64,000 nucleotides of DNA from Vermamoeba vermiformis. Its lineage: Eukaryota. Both the position numbers and the translations under genes were made by a program. Where the stretch lies: positions 62,001 to 126,000 of the forward strand of contig JBEWZL010000220.1 in assembly GCA_045837725.1 (NCBI GenBank), given 5' to 3'. Shown piece by piece: positions 51,101 to 62,825 of this stretch; the first letter of the stretch is position 1, and each line of letters opens with the position of its first letter. The notes under the pieces were generated by a model. It was not told the DNA's origin. It worked only from the letters and a program-made list of their open reading frames with translations, and searched no databases.

Positions 51101-53142
51101 GCCAGGCAGTGAGTTTGCAGCACGAGGCGAGCTGATTTTGATGGGCTCTGTTTGTGATGCAGGCATGCTCGTCGAGACATTCAATGTGTTCTGTTCTACT
51201 GCACCATTGGTTGATTCCTCACTCGAGGTTGGCTGTGCCGCCACTTCAATCGGTTGACTCGTCTGCTGCGGTGGATTTTCACTCTGTTCGGACTGCACTT
51301 CTGAAGCGGCACTAGAGCTAGCGTCGTCACTAATTGCAGGCTCAGTGACAGGTTTTTCTGGTTCCGCAGTTTCTACTGTTGAAGGAACTTCTTCGACCGG
51401 TTTGTGCGCCACTTCAGGGGAGAGTGGCTTGAATTTCTTAGCATTCTCAATGATTTCTTTCAGCGCGTTGACATACTCTGGCGTCGATGTTTTGCTCTTC
51501 GCAAGTAAATTTGAAAGTTCTTCGAGCCAGCTCACTTTGAGAACTTGATTCTTTTGGACTAATTCAATTACTCGCTTCCATTCACCTTTTTTGGCAAGTC
51601 TTTCAATGAATGCTTCAACATCGAAAATGATTCGAGATATTTTGATTGGATCCGCTAAACATAATTGTTAGAGATCAAAAAATCATAATAACAATGTATG
51701 TCTATTTACCGTGAATAGCATAGGCCTCATTATTATGTACAACCAAGTCTTGGAGTCCTACGGCATCCGCGTGCCATTGAATAATTTCTACAGATTCTAC
51801 GTCGATTAAGATGAGTGACTTGTCAGTCCACGACAGCAAACACTCGCCGAGTGGTGTCAGCTTTGAGAAGTTGACATTGTTAAGGGCGGGAGGTGCTTTC
51901 TTTTCTGCAAGTATCATTGGAAATCAGTCGCTACGCTACGAGTACACGACGCGTCAACATACCTTCTGACAAAAAGTCCTCGAACAAGGGCAATAGTTGT
52001 GCTTGTGTTAATGAGCCTTGAAAGTTGAGTGTTTGCAGTACTTTTGCATTGTCACTGTCTGCACGCCACAATCGCTTGCCAGGTCTCGACAGCACGAGGT
52101 ACTTTTTCTTCTCGCCCTCAGTGCCACTGTTGCCATTGACAGCTGATTGGTCCTGATTGATTGGCACTTCTTCCATGCCATCTGACGGTGCTCCACCTTC
52201 ATCGCCGCCAATCACTGATGTTTGTTGGCGCATCAAATAGTGCACTGCTCCGTACGTGCCATCACGAAGCTTTTTACCGACCTATAATACCAGTTAGTAT
52301 CTTGTAGTATTTAGTTGTTATTATATTACCTGCACAGCAGATCCTTTGGCGAAATTAATTAAAATACTTCGCGTTAAACTTGACGCGAGAAGTTGATTCA
52401 ATTCAGCATCAAAATCTAATTGCACCACGCGACTATAACGCATATATTAATACCAACAATAGCAAATGAACAATAAATCGCATACCTGTCGCATTTATAG
52501 AGATAATCTGATTCAATTTTGGTTTGAAAAAGTCCTTTGGCTTTAGCTCCAATAGGTGTTGCTAAAATAACGCCGCTTTCATCCGATGAATATAGGCGAA
52601 AATTATCGGGCGATAGTGTGGCCCATAGCATATTCGTTATTTCGGCCTTATGATCCGTGATACGATGAACGATCTATTAATAAAACTCTTATCAATAAAA
52701 TTTATAAAATAACCATATAATTAAATAAATAGAGTTGATAAAGAATAAGCAATTGCAGGGTTAAAATAATTGACAGAAAATTACCTTTTCTTTTCGAGTT
52801 TGCAATTTAGGCTCCAATATAATTATATCAAAATTTTTGAGTGTTGATATAGCCAGATAATTTTCATTTGGGCTGAATTTTAATTGTGTAATCGGTTCTT
52901 GGACAGTTGTGATCAGATGGACAAAATTGAGAGTCTCCCGTTCATAAAAATAAAGACTACCAGTATTGGCACCGAATACTAGATAGTGTTCCGAAGCATC
53001 TAAGCAAGTGTATCTAATTCTTGATTGACGCGAACCTCCTACGAATTTTCCAGTCAGATCTAACTTTTCTTTGGTCGCAGATCTTACCAGTTAGACTGGA
53101 CGATATCGAGTCCAAGAATTGATGCTTCAATAAACTGAGCAT
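48148..53142 (-). CDS. HPS5/TECPR2-like WD40 protein with helical region and degenerate C-terminal RING; one apparent frameshift near 50846
   Basis: N-terminal YTCLDASEHYLVFGANTGSLYFY, QVGKKLRDG-YGA and SRPGKRLWRAD are HPS5/TECPR2 propeller motifs. C-terminal HWGVS...CAQC...HEKC. Confidence 0.7.
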
Positions 53143-53999
53143 GTTGAGTTGTAGATAAATACTATGATGTGTTGCCCATGTGGGGGGCAAAGGAATAAAA
53201 ACGAACAAAAAACTTCGGAGCTTTAAAATATTGCGCCCTATCGATGCAACACGAGCACGTACAAATCCATGCTCGACTCCAATGTACTGTGCACAGCTCG
53301 ATAATAAGAAATTATTCTCGGGTTAGCTTAAGATCAGGAGTTACAATCTATTAATCCTGGGAATGAAAAATAATGTACTAAATAATAAGATTTAGATCCT
53401 CAGCTGAACGTTTTCATTCACAACTCAAATATAAATGCGTAAAGTAAGTAAAATCTTTTTTATCGACGGTTAATTAATCCAATTAAATACTTGATGATTC
53501 AATCATTAATAAATGTTCACTAATGTGCTAATTCTATTCCGAACAGCGGTTGCGTCGTGGCCCAAATCTTCGGTGAAATTCAAAATTGAAAATTCTCCAC
53601 GCGCTTTCGAAGCACACAGGGTATTTCATCCTGTCAGTCATTGGCGTTTATTTTTTAACTGTGCAGACAATATCTAATAGATTTAGCTATTAGAATGACA
53701 AACTAGAACGTTCGTTGGCCAACAGTAGTGAACGATCCAAAATGTCACTCCGATCCAACGTCCGCTCGTTAATCTTATTTATTTTAGCGCTAATATGCGC
53801 ATCAAAAGGTAATATATTATTACTCCAAACGATTTTAAGCCACATGGGACCTTTTGAATATGATAAAGTTGTAAATTTGATCTTGAAATACTGATTTTCG
53901 ACAAAATTATCCCCGCAGAAGTACATATTTTAATCAGATAAATATCGAAATATATTAGAGATTAAGCAATTAAAAATTATACCATTTTTTTGAATTTCG

Positions 54000-56900
54000 G
54001 TGACATCTACCTGTCTAACTTACTCTGTAGCGGCGTATACCGTCCAAAGTATTGGCTCAGCGAATCAATTTACTACTTCTCTGTCTTCCGTTGCATCTCC
54101 TTCGTTGGCTGCTGGTTCAAATTTTTTTGTCTTTGGATGGGTGGATTCGAGTGGCAGCAACAGCGTACTCCTTGCTTACTACAATCTATCTGTTAGTCCT
54201 ACTGCAAACACAGGAAATCTACAGAGCTCAACAGGAATAGTTGCTTCAGCCGCTAGAATGTCAGCAAACGGAGATTATGTTGGCGTAGCATACGCGGACA
54301 CCAACAACAACATTTACTTTGCATTGCTACAGCGCACCGGCTATGGCGGCACAGCATTCACGACTATTATCACCAACCCAGTCGGCGCAGGCTCGTTGCC
54401 GTGGGTCGGAAGTCATCCGAATGGCTGGATTGTGGCCTACAAGACTAGTGGTGGTGGCGTTGCACTGGCCTCATTTGATGCAACGTCAGGCACTGCACTC
54501 AAAACAGCTTCTCCAGAGGGGGGTTCATGCGACTTGGTCTCATTAGGCACGAGTCCAACTGGCACTTCATTCGTGATCAGCTACAACAAAGCAGAATCTT
54601 TGACGAACAATCTACGAGTAGTCATTGGCACGATGGATTCGACTGGCGCTTTTTCATACCCTGCTTCGATCAATTTGGGCATTGGATCGACGCTCAGCAC
54701 GGTAACTTCTCGTGCGTCTATTGCTCCTAACGGCGTGGCGCTAGTGTCGTATATCAAGACTAACAACAACTATGCCTATGTCACTATTACCAGTGGTACT
54801 GCAAGTGGTGAAACAGTACTGCAATCTTCGATTTCAAATGCACACGTCAGTTCCTTAAGCCCAAATTTGTTCCTAGTCCTGTGGGAGGTATCAAATGCCA
54901 TCAACGGTGCAATCATTCCTGCTGATGGAACTGCTTCAACTCAATTCCAAGTGGCTAGCAGTGGCGCGACAAACCCAGCCGCAGCTGCCCTAGGCCCTTA
55001 TCACTTCGCTATTGGATGGGCCACGGCATCATCAGCAAAGCCAGTGACTCAACATTGGGCCATTCAATTCTGTGGTGACGGTTTCGTGACACCAAACGAG
55101 GAGTGTGATTCAGGCCCGTACTGCCAAGCTAACTGCACGTGTCCCTCTGGTCAAGGTCCATTGGGTACTGGATGTACGGCCCCAGGAGTTCCATTCGCGC
55201 CTATTCCTCCACCCAGTCCACCTACAGACACCCCAACAACTGTATCTCCGATCGATCAAACCCCTGCAACTAGCGGACCTACCAGTGCCCCGACAAGTGA
55301 ACCAGGTACACCTGGTAATTCGAGTCAGCCAAGTACCACTCCATCGGATGGTGTCGCAACGCCAACTCTCGATTCAAGTCAAACACCTAGCGCTGATCCA
55401 CTTGATGCGTTGATCGGCCTTCTCCCCGCCAAATACTTTATCGTCGTGATTGTCGTACCTGTGGTAGCTGTTGCCGCGGCCGTAGCGTTACTAGTCGTGT
55501 TGCTGCGACGACGAAAGAGAAGAAAGAGCTCGAAGTCTGGCCCGTTCCAAGGTGGAGATGATGGCAGTGGCCCGACTCAATACGATCAAGTAAGACACTT
55601 CTATTTAACTATCACATATCTAATGCATTTAGATTTACGTCAATTCGTATACGCTTGACTCGGAGCCAATTGACTTATCCAGATTCACTGTTGATGAACG
55701 TCTTCATATTAAATACTCGGAGCTTAAGTTCCTAAGAGAGATTGGATCTGGTGCATTTGGCAAAGTATTCATCGGGTAAGCGCATAATATTAATTCAATA
55801 GTGTACTAACCTAATGTCAATAGTGAATGGCAAAAGACCAAAGTTGCGCTGAAACTGAATATGATGGCGCAAGGCACGGAGTTTGAGAAAGAGGCGCGCT
55901 TGATGGTGTAAGATTCTCACTTTAAAATTGTGATACGATTACTCACATTTATGTAATTAGTACTATGCGACCGCACCCGAACGTCGTGCAACTATATGGT
56001 ATATCAACAGACGGCCCTAATCCAGTGATGATTATTGAGTTCTGCGAGGGAGGCAGTCTTGATACCAAACTTTACAAAGCACGTGTCAATCTTTCACTGA
56101 AAACTCAGTTGCAACTTATCTCGGGCATTGCCAAGGGCTTATTGCATTTGCATCGTAACAAAATTGTTCATCGTGATCTGGCCGCGAGAAATATCTTGCT
56201 AGCGCATGGCAAACCAAAGATCTCTGTAAGTGGGTGACACGTGTCATGATCTTTTCAGCAACCAATATACATTTGCTGAACCAATTAATTAACAGGATTT
56301 TGGTATGTCTCGTCAACTTGAAGGCATTTCAAAAGCTGGTCAAACGAAGACTACTGTTGGGCCTGTGCGCTGGATGGTAAGCTTTTTGATTACAAATCAT
56401 AACGTGCAATTTCTCACCATTGTGATAAGGCCCCTGAATCGCTGTCAGATCTGAGTTACAGCCCTCAATCAGACGTATGGAGTTTCGGTTGTGTTATCTA
56501 TGAAATCATCGCGCAACAAGAGCCTCACGCCAACTCGGACGTGCTTACGATTGGCATTAAGATCAGAGATAACGGATACACTCCTCCTTTGCCTAAACGT
56601 GTAGATCCGTTCATCAAAAAGTTACTCAAAAGTATTTGGCAAAAAGATCCTAACAAGCGACCCGTAAGTACCACCAAATTCGTGCTAGCTACTGACGCAA
56701 TATCTAATGATATTTATATAGACTATGGAGCAGTTGGCAACTACAATCGATGAACACTTGGCGAAGGTTGAGAAGAAGGAAGTCGAAGGTGATAGCAGCA
56801 ATACTCCCTCACCAATTGAGGCCTCGGTTCTCGACAAGTCTATTCACGAGGAGCCACAGAACAACATTGGACAGAGCTCTGAATACGACAACATCAAAGA

Positions 56901-57271
56901 AAATATCTCGACACCCAGGCAAAATTTCCAAAAAAGGCAAGTCTCCGCGAAAGGAATTCCACGGCAACAAGAAGCACGCGCAGCACGCGAAACCAGTCAG
57001 CCAACAGAAAGGTGCCGATGTGTACGACGAGATCGATGTCTCGAACCAAGTCCAAATGCAGCCCATGGCTGAAGTCGATAGTGGCAGTGACTCATCGTCT
57101 TCATCGTCTTCATCCTCATTAGAAAAATCGCGGTCCATTCAAGCACCAAAAGTACCTCCACGTAGTAAGCCAACTACGCCACAAAGATCATTTCCGCCTG
57201 TTCCTCCCCGAACTAGCCAGACTTATAATAATAACACCGATGATGGCGCTTACGATGAGTTGCCAAAGTAG
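54000..57271 (+). CDS. Receptor tyrosine kinase-like protein (start not located; one frameshift near 56897)
   Basis: Beta-rich ectodomain, CGDG..EECD Cys-rich repeat, S/T/P stalk, TM followed by RRRKRRK; kinase motifs GSGAFGKV, VALK, HRDLAARN, DFG, GPVRWMAPE, SDVWSFG. Confidence 0.88.
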
Positions 57272-57521
57272 GTACGGATTTCAAATGTAAATAACAGTTG
57301 TAGATTTGGCAGTTAAAATTTTGTTGGGATCCGGCCTCTGATTTGAGTTGGGAACTTAACGGATAATTCCAAAAATTGTTTCGTCACGTCAGACAGGACT
57401 ACCTACGACCACAGGACGGTTTCCATTGTGACAGATTGGTTGACACGCTTACCTACAAACAGACCAAAATTGAATTCCAAATTCATTTTATATCTTTTAT
57501 AAAGCAACAGCAGTGCTAACA

Positions 57522-59760
57522 ATGGGCACAAATATCAAGTCAGGCAAATTGCTAGTGAATGTTCTGCAACTCACTTCAGTGCCGACTTTCAAGTATGAAG
57601 AAGCAATAGTAAATCTGTTATCCTCCGGGTTGTTAGAATACAAAACCGTAAGTCAAAATATTGATAGTATTGATATTAATTAATACTTATAATAGGCTAA
57701 AACAACGGTGTTAATTAAAATTGGACCTTCAAGCAAAGCCGAAATATCGGATGCGCACCCACAAAATACCTTTAACGTAACATGCTCGAATAATCAAAAT
57801 GAAACTTCTTTCCAAGTGATTGATAAAAAGGTAATTTTATTTTAAATGAATTGTTGTCGGATGCCGAAATAGGATTGCACGATTAATGCTGATTCCCGAC
57901 AGGATCTTGAACCTTGGGTAAATATGATAAATTTAGTACGAGCTCGGCAATCGGCAAAGCTGATCCACGAACATCCGTTAACGGAGCATGATTTTGCCAT
58001 TAGAATGAATCACACTTGCGTTGGGTGCCATAAAAACATCATTCGTACGTAATCATTAATACTAAGGCCGTTATATTATAGCAACTAATGGGATCAACAG
58101 TTTCTGTTTGTGAATTTTGCGACCCTGGCAAATTCCAGCTGTGTTCGGACTGCCATCAAGCCACTAAAAATGTGCGCTCTCCGTTCTTCACGTCCAAGTC
58201 ACACCCGCACGAGTTAATGCGCTTCGAAAAAGCAATGGATCCCAAGTTCTTCCCGCGAGCCTACAACACCGGCGAATTCATCTGCAGCATTTGCAGTGGC
58301 ACGAGCAAGGGTCCAGTGTATCATTGCGTCGAGTGCGGTGAATACGACGAGTGCAGCAAGTGTTTTGGTGCTGTAGCTGCATCGCCTTTTGCAGTGCTGG
58401 GAAGTCTCGTTGGAGCCAGCTTGCAAGGCCAGAATAATTCGCCGAAGAAAGAAGTGTCAAACAATGTCATGTCACTAAACTTGAACCTCGTCGGTGGTAG
58501 TTTTACAAGGGACCCTCGGCCACATTCGTACAGATTGATGACAGACCCCAAGAACTTCCCCAAGACCGCGAGTGCCATAGCAAACAGGCCCTGGGATCTG
58601 TCCAAGATTGATCAAATGCCAGCGAATGACGCGTACTTTGAGGTGACGTTCGATCGGTTTAATGACAACGAAGAGGTCGGCATTGGCATTGGTAATCAAA
58701 TCTTCGTGCAGAATAAATATCTCGGAGCACAACAGAACAGCTTTGGGTACTTCAAAAGTGGCGTGGTAAGGTTATTTTTCATTCATTCGATCGTCTAATT
58801 GTGATTTAGATTGCCAAGAATGGCGTGTACGATTATGAAACGGACGTGCCGAAAATTTCTCGTAAGGCCTTAGAATGTATAGTAGTATATCATTCTAATA
58901 ATTAATAATAGCTGGCGATACTGTTGGTGCAGGAATTCTGTTCGACAGTTTCAACCAACGACGCGTGTACTTTACCAAAAATGGAAAAAAGATTGGTAAG
59001 TCATTGAGCTGATCAATTGGACGTTAAATTAATAGCGGCATGATCAGATAATATGCCTGTAATGATCACGGATTTTGTGCACGACGGTATGGATTGTTTC
59101 CCTGGCGTATCATTTGCGCGCGACTCGCAAGTGATTTTCACTGTCAATATGAGTGGCCCGTTCAAATTCAATCCGAGCACTATTCCGAACTACCGCGGTG
59201 ATAAATTAGATCGAATTAGCAAGCTGCCCTCGGAAATACTTTCAGATATTCTGGCTTATGCTGCTATCAGTCCACTTCAAGCGGCAGAATTGAGGCGTGT
59301 AAGTACTGAATTTTGAACGAAGTGCCACTGATACTTTCTTCTCACCACTAACTGCCGTTTGACAGGTGTCAAAGCGATTCTCAGAAATCGCCAATAATAA
59401 CGCAGTGTGGCGAAAGTTATTCTTGCAACGATGGCCTAATCAAAACGCCAACTTGCACTTGAAGTCTTGGATGACTTTGTACAAACGACGTGCTGCCACA
59501 GAGAAGGACAATAATGTCGTTGAGCCTATTCACATTGAGAACTGCAATCTGGAGTTCACGTGTCCGTTATTATGGGAGAACTTGAAGGACACCAGTAACT
59601 ACGGCGAACGATTCTGCGACAAGTGTCAAAAGACCGTGTACGAAGGTATGTTTGCAGCTCTGTGTTGGTGGTCAATCTGATCTGACGAGTGCGACAGTGA
59701 GTGACTTGGACACACTGCAGCAGCTCGCAGCTCGGCGGCGCAGCGCGCACGTCCCGCCAC
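57522..59760 (+). CDS. Multidomain protein: PH-like, two C1/ZZ-like zinc fingers, SPRY, F-box, C-terminal Cys motif; 3' end obscured
   Basis: ADSRQDLEPWVNMI (PH helix); HEHPL...CVGC...CEFC...LCSDC and HPHEL...CSIC...YHCVEC...CSKC; YFEV...VGIG...GDTVGAG...YFTKNG (SPRY); LPSEILSDILAY...VSKRF...VWR (F-box); CPLLWENL...RFCDKCQKTVY. Confidence 0.8.
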
Positions 59761-59799
59761 CACCTCCTGAACTGTCAACGACATGTGGCACATGCCGCT

Positions 59800-60382
59800 C
59801 GGAGGCCACCACCGCCAATGAATTGGGAGCCCGCGCCCCCGAGCCCCGGCCCACCACCCCCCGTCACCACGCCTGGTGGGAAAGAGACTGAGGACGAGCC
59901 AGGGCGCGAGCCGCCCACACCGGAGGCGGAACAGAACCGCGCAAGGGCGCAGCGGAAGGGAGAAGGGGGGGAGGCGAGGAAAAGACGAGGGAGGGACAGA
60001 GAAGCCAAGAAGAAAAGGGCCTTTGAGGCAAAGAGTCGATAGAAGTGAGTATTGTGGTGCATTGGTGAAAGTAGAACGCTAAAAGGACCGAGTTTCGAAA
60101 ATACTTGGGCGAATTGGTCCAATTCGCCTTTTTCAACGATTGCCAGCTCAGACACTTTGACGCAATACTGAAGAATCCATCTCTCATCTTCTTCGTATGC
60201 CACCACCGCCGACTATTAAATGAACGAAACGATTATTGGTCAGTGATCGGAAGTCTTTCACCATGAAATCGAGTTGCACAGCTGTTCAAAATGAAGTATT
60301 TCTACGACGACGATTAAAATCAGATCTGTCCTGAGTCAGCTCACAAACATCCTTTTCAGTCTGCTGAGAGCGGGTTGACATG
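59800..60382 (-). CDS. Possible hypothetical protein running into a corrupted tract
   Basis: Can be spliced as MSTRSQQTEKDVSVQLDFMSAVVAYEEDERWILQYC...; no recognisable domain and the 3' end is undefined. Confidence 0.3.
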
Positions 60383-60478
60383 TTCAGATCAACTAAAATT
60401 CCGCTGATTGGTTGACAGCAAAACATCAATTGCGCGGAAATAATCCATTCGTTATACCACCATAACACACGTAACCAC

Positions 60479-61725
60479 ATGATGCGCTTGGCTATCATCA
60501 CACTTGTTGCATTGTTTGGCTTTGCTTTTGGTGCAGTGCCAGCGATTACTCAATCCGCTGCCAGACTCCCAACCCCTCGATACGGTATGCTTGTGGGAAG
60601 CACCGACAAATATGTTGTATTTTGGGGAGGATCATACAATATAACGCAATTCGATGTTGCTGGAGCGGAGTTGTTCGATCTGGCATCTGGACAATTCATT
60701 TCAATGCAACAAGATAGCAAGCTCTTTGGCTACACCAACGTTTTGGATACACAAACATATTCTAGCTTTTCCATCGGATCCTACGTCCTGTTTGGTGGAT
60801 TATCTCAACCCAGTTCCAAGGTTGCTGTTCTGGATACCGACGGGCCCTCATATACTATGCACAGCTTAGACTACAAGGGAGTTCCAGCAGGCGTTTCTAC
60901 TAACCGCATAGTTGCGCTTTCAAATGGTGCCAGATTAGATTTCTTCGATCCGATCACAAAATCTTGGTCAGGAATTAATGAAACCATATCAAACGTTACA
61001 TTCAACCATGCCGTGGCTGCCGATGATATTTTATACTTCACTGGTTCCAGCACAGCCGACATGGTAACGATATTTAATCTGACGAGCATACGCACCCACG
61101 TACCCGCCACACCCCCGCACGCACCGGGGGTCCCCGGGCACCACACACCAGATGGACGACCGGAACATGGCCCCCCCCCCAGACCCCGCGACCACGAGGC
61201 CAGACCAGAGAGACCCCGGGCGGGCGAAGATGGGCACTGAGCGCAAGAGGGCAAGACCACACGACGCCGACGACCCCGGGCCACGTCGGGACCACGCGGG
61301 CCAGCAAGGACAATTGATTTGGTTTTGATTTCGCGTCGGCGTCCACACTCCGTAATGTTCCGTTGATTGACAGTTGCGCGCGAAAAGTTATACTTTTATC
61401 TTTCTATTCATGATTACGTATTCGATGCAATTGTGCCTCCCTTCACGCAGGATACAACCAAGCTGCCAGTCGCACGTTCTATGGAGGCCGCCTCGCTAGT
61501 AGTCGCTTGGTTGCGATGGATCTGTTTGAATTGTCATCCAATCCTTTGTCCTACTATGTAATACTCAATTCAACTTCCATCCACTACTCCATCTACCAGT
61601 GTTATGTCAACTATACGATGCCACAGATAGCGACAGTAGCATCTGGCATTCTTAGGTTGGTTCTGAGAAGCAAAGACAGTACGACATTGGGTGGGACTTC
61701 AATAAAATCCATTTTATTGCTCTAA
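60479..61725 (+). CDS. Secreted kelch-like beta-propeller protein, interrupted by a T-depleted tract and frameshifts
   Basis: Signal peptide MMRLAIITLVALFGFAFG, then kelch-like LPTPRYGM...VFWGG, YVLFGG, FFDPITKSW and LYFTG. The frame degenerates after ~61090. Confidence 0.55.
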
Positions 61726-61745
61726 ATAAACTCCTATGGTAATAT

Positions 61746-62547
61746 TTAGGCTTGTTTAATTGTCTCGTTAATCACTTGGCACATCTTGGCCGCAGCATCT
61801 CCAGCAGATGCGGGATTCTGACCAGTGACGAGTCTTCCAGTGGCTATAACGGTGTTGGACCAGTTCGCGCCTGGCTTGACAATAGCACCGCGCTCTTTTA
61901 ACTTGGATTCGAGCAAGAAGGGCACAAATTTGTCTTTTTTAACCTCGCGTTCTTCGGCATCCGAAAAGCAGACCATTTCACATCCTGCAACGAGGTACTT
62001 GCCATTCTTAAGCATGACATTGACGAGTGCTGCTGGACCGTGGCATAATGCACCGACGACTCCGCCTTTCTCGTAGATTTTTGCGGCCAGCTCACGAGAT
62101 GCAGCATTATCAACAAGATCCCACCTTTCAATTGATTAGAACATCGGATATTATAATTTCCATTTTCTTACATTGGTCCGTGGCCTCCAGCGTAGAAAAT
62201 TCCATTGAATTGAGACGCGTCGATCTGATCCAAGCTGGCGGTGTTTTCCCAAAGAGCCTTAAGCGCAGGATCTTCCAAAAATCGTCGGCAAACCTCGTCT
62301 TTTTTGAATTGTTCCACACTTTCAGGGTCTACTGGCGTCTTCCCACCCTGCGGACTACGAATTCATTAGCTCGTAATTGAAGGTGCATCCAGATAAATTC
62401 TTACCTTGCGAATGTAATATCGAATCCGTTCTTCTTAAATACTTCGTATGGGTGCGCGACTTCGGGTAAGTACCAGCCAGTCTTTTTGCCAGAGTCTCCG
62501 AGTTGATCGTGAGAAGTCAAAACGAGTAAAACTTTTTTATGCGCCAT
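61746..62547 (-). CDS. DJ-1/PfpI superfamily protein (Hsp31/glyoxalase III type)
   Basis: VLTSHDQLG..TGWYLPEVAHPY, AGGHGPMWDL, GALCHGPAAL, LVTGQNPASA; two introns. Confidence 0.93.
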
Positions 62548-62825
62548 TGTGTTGTAGGTATTAAATGTTTGTAAAAAATGATAGTAAATAGCAAGAGAAT
62601 GATTTTTATGTCATTAAGTTATCGGAACACGGTCAAATACGCGTGAATAACGAAGAATTTTCGCTCAAAACACATCCACACGCTCGTGATTTTGTTGACT
62701 TGCAACAAATATAAATGAATATTTAGGGAATTTGACGAGTCCCGAATTTCAAAAAAGTGAGCGAATGGAACGAAGAATTTCATTTATTTTGCGATGAAAA
62801 GTATTTCGTCATAATTACCGCTTAT

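Noticed and set aside
59701-60206. Pro/Gly/Arg-rich ORFs on both strands
   Set aside because: They exist because the T-less tract cannot encode + strand stop codons, and they show no domain signal.
59725-61310. Diversity-generating retroelement explanation for the T/A-specific changes
   Set aside because: No reverse transcriptase or template/variable repeat pair is visible in the window; sequencing artefact is more parsimonious.
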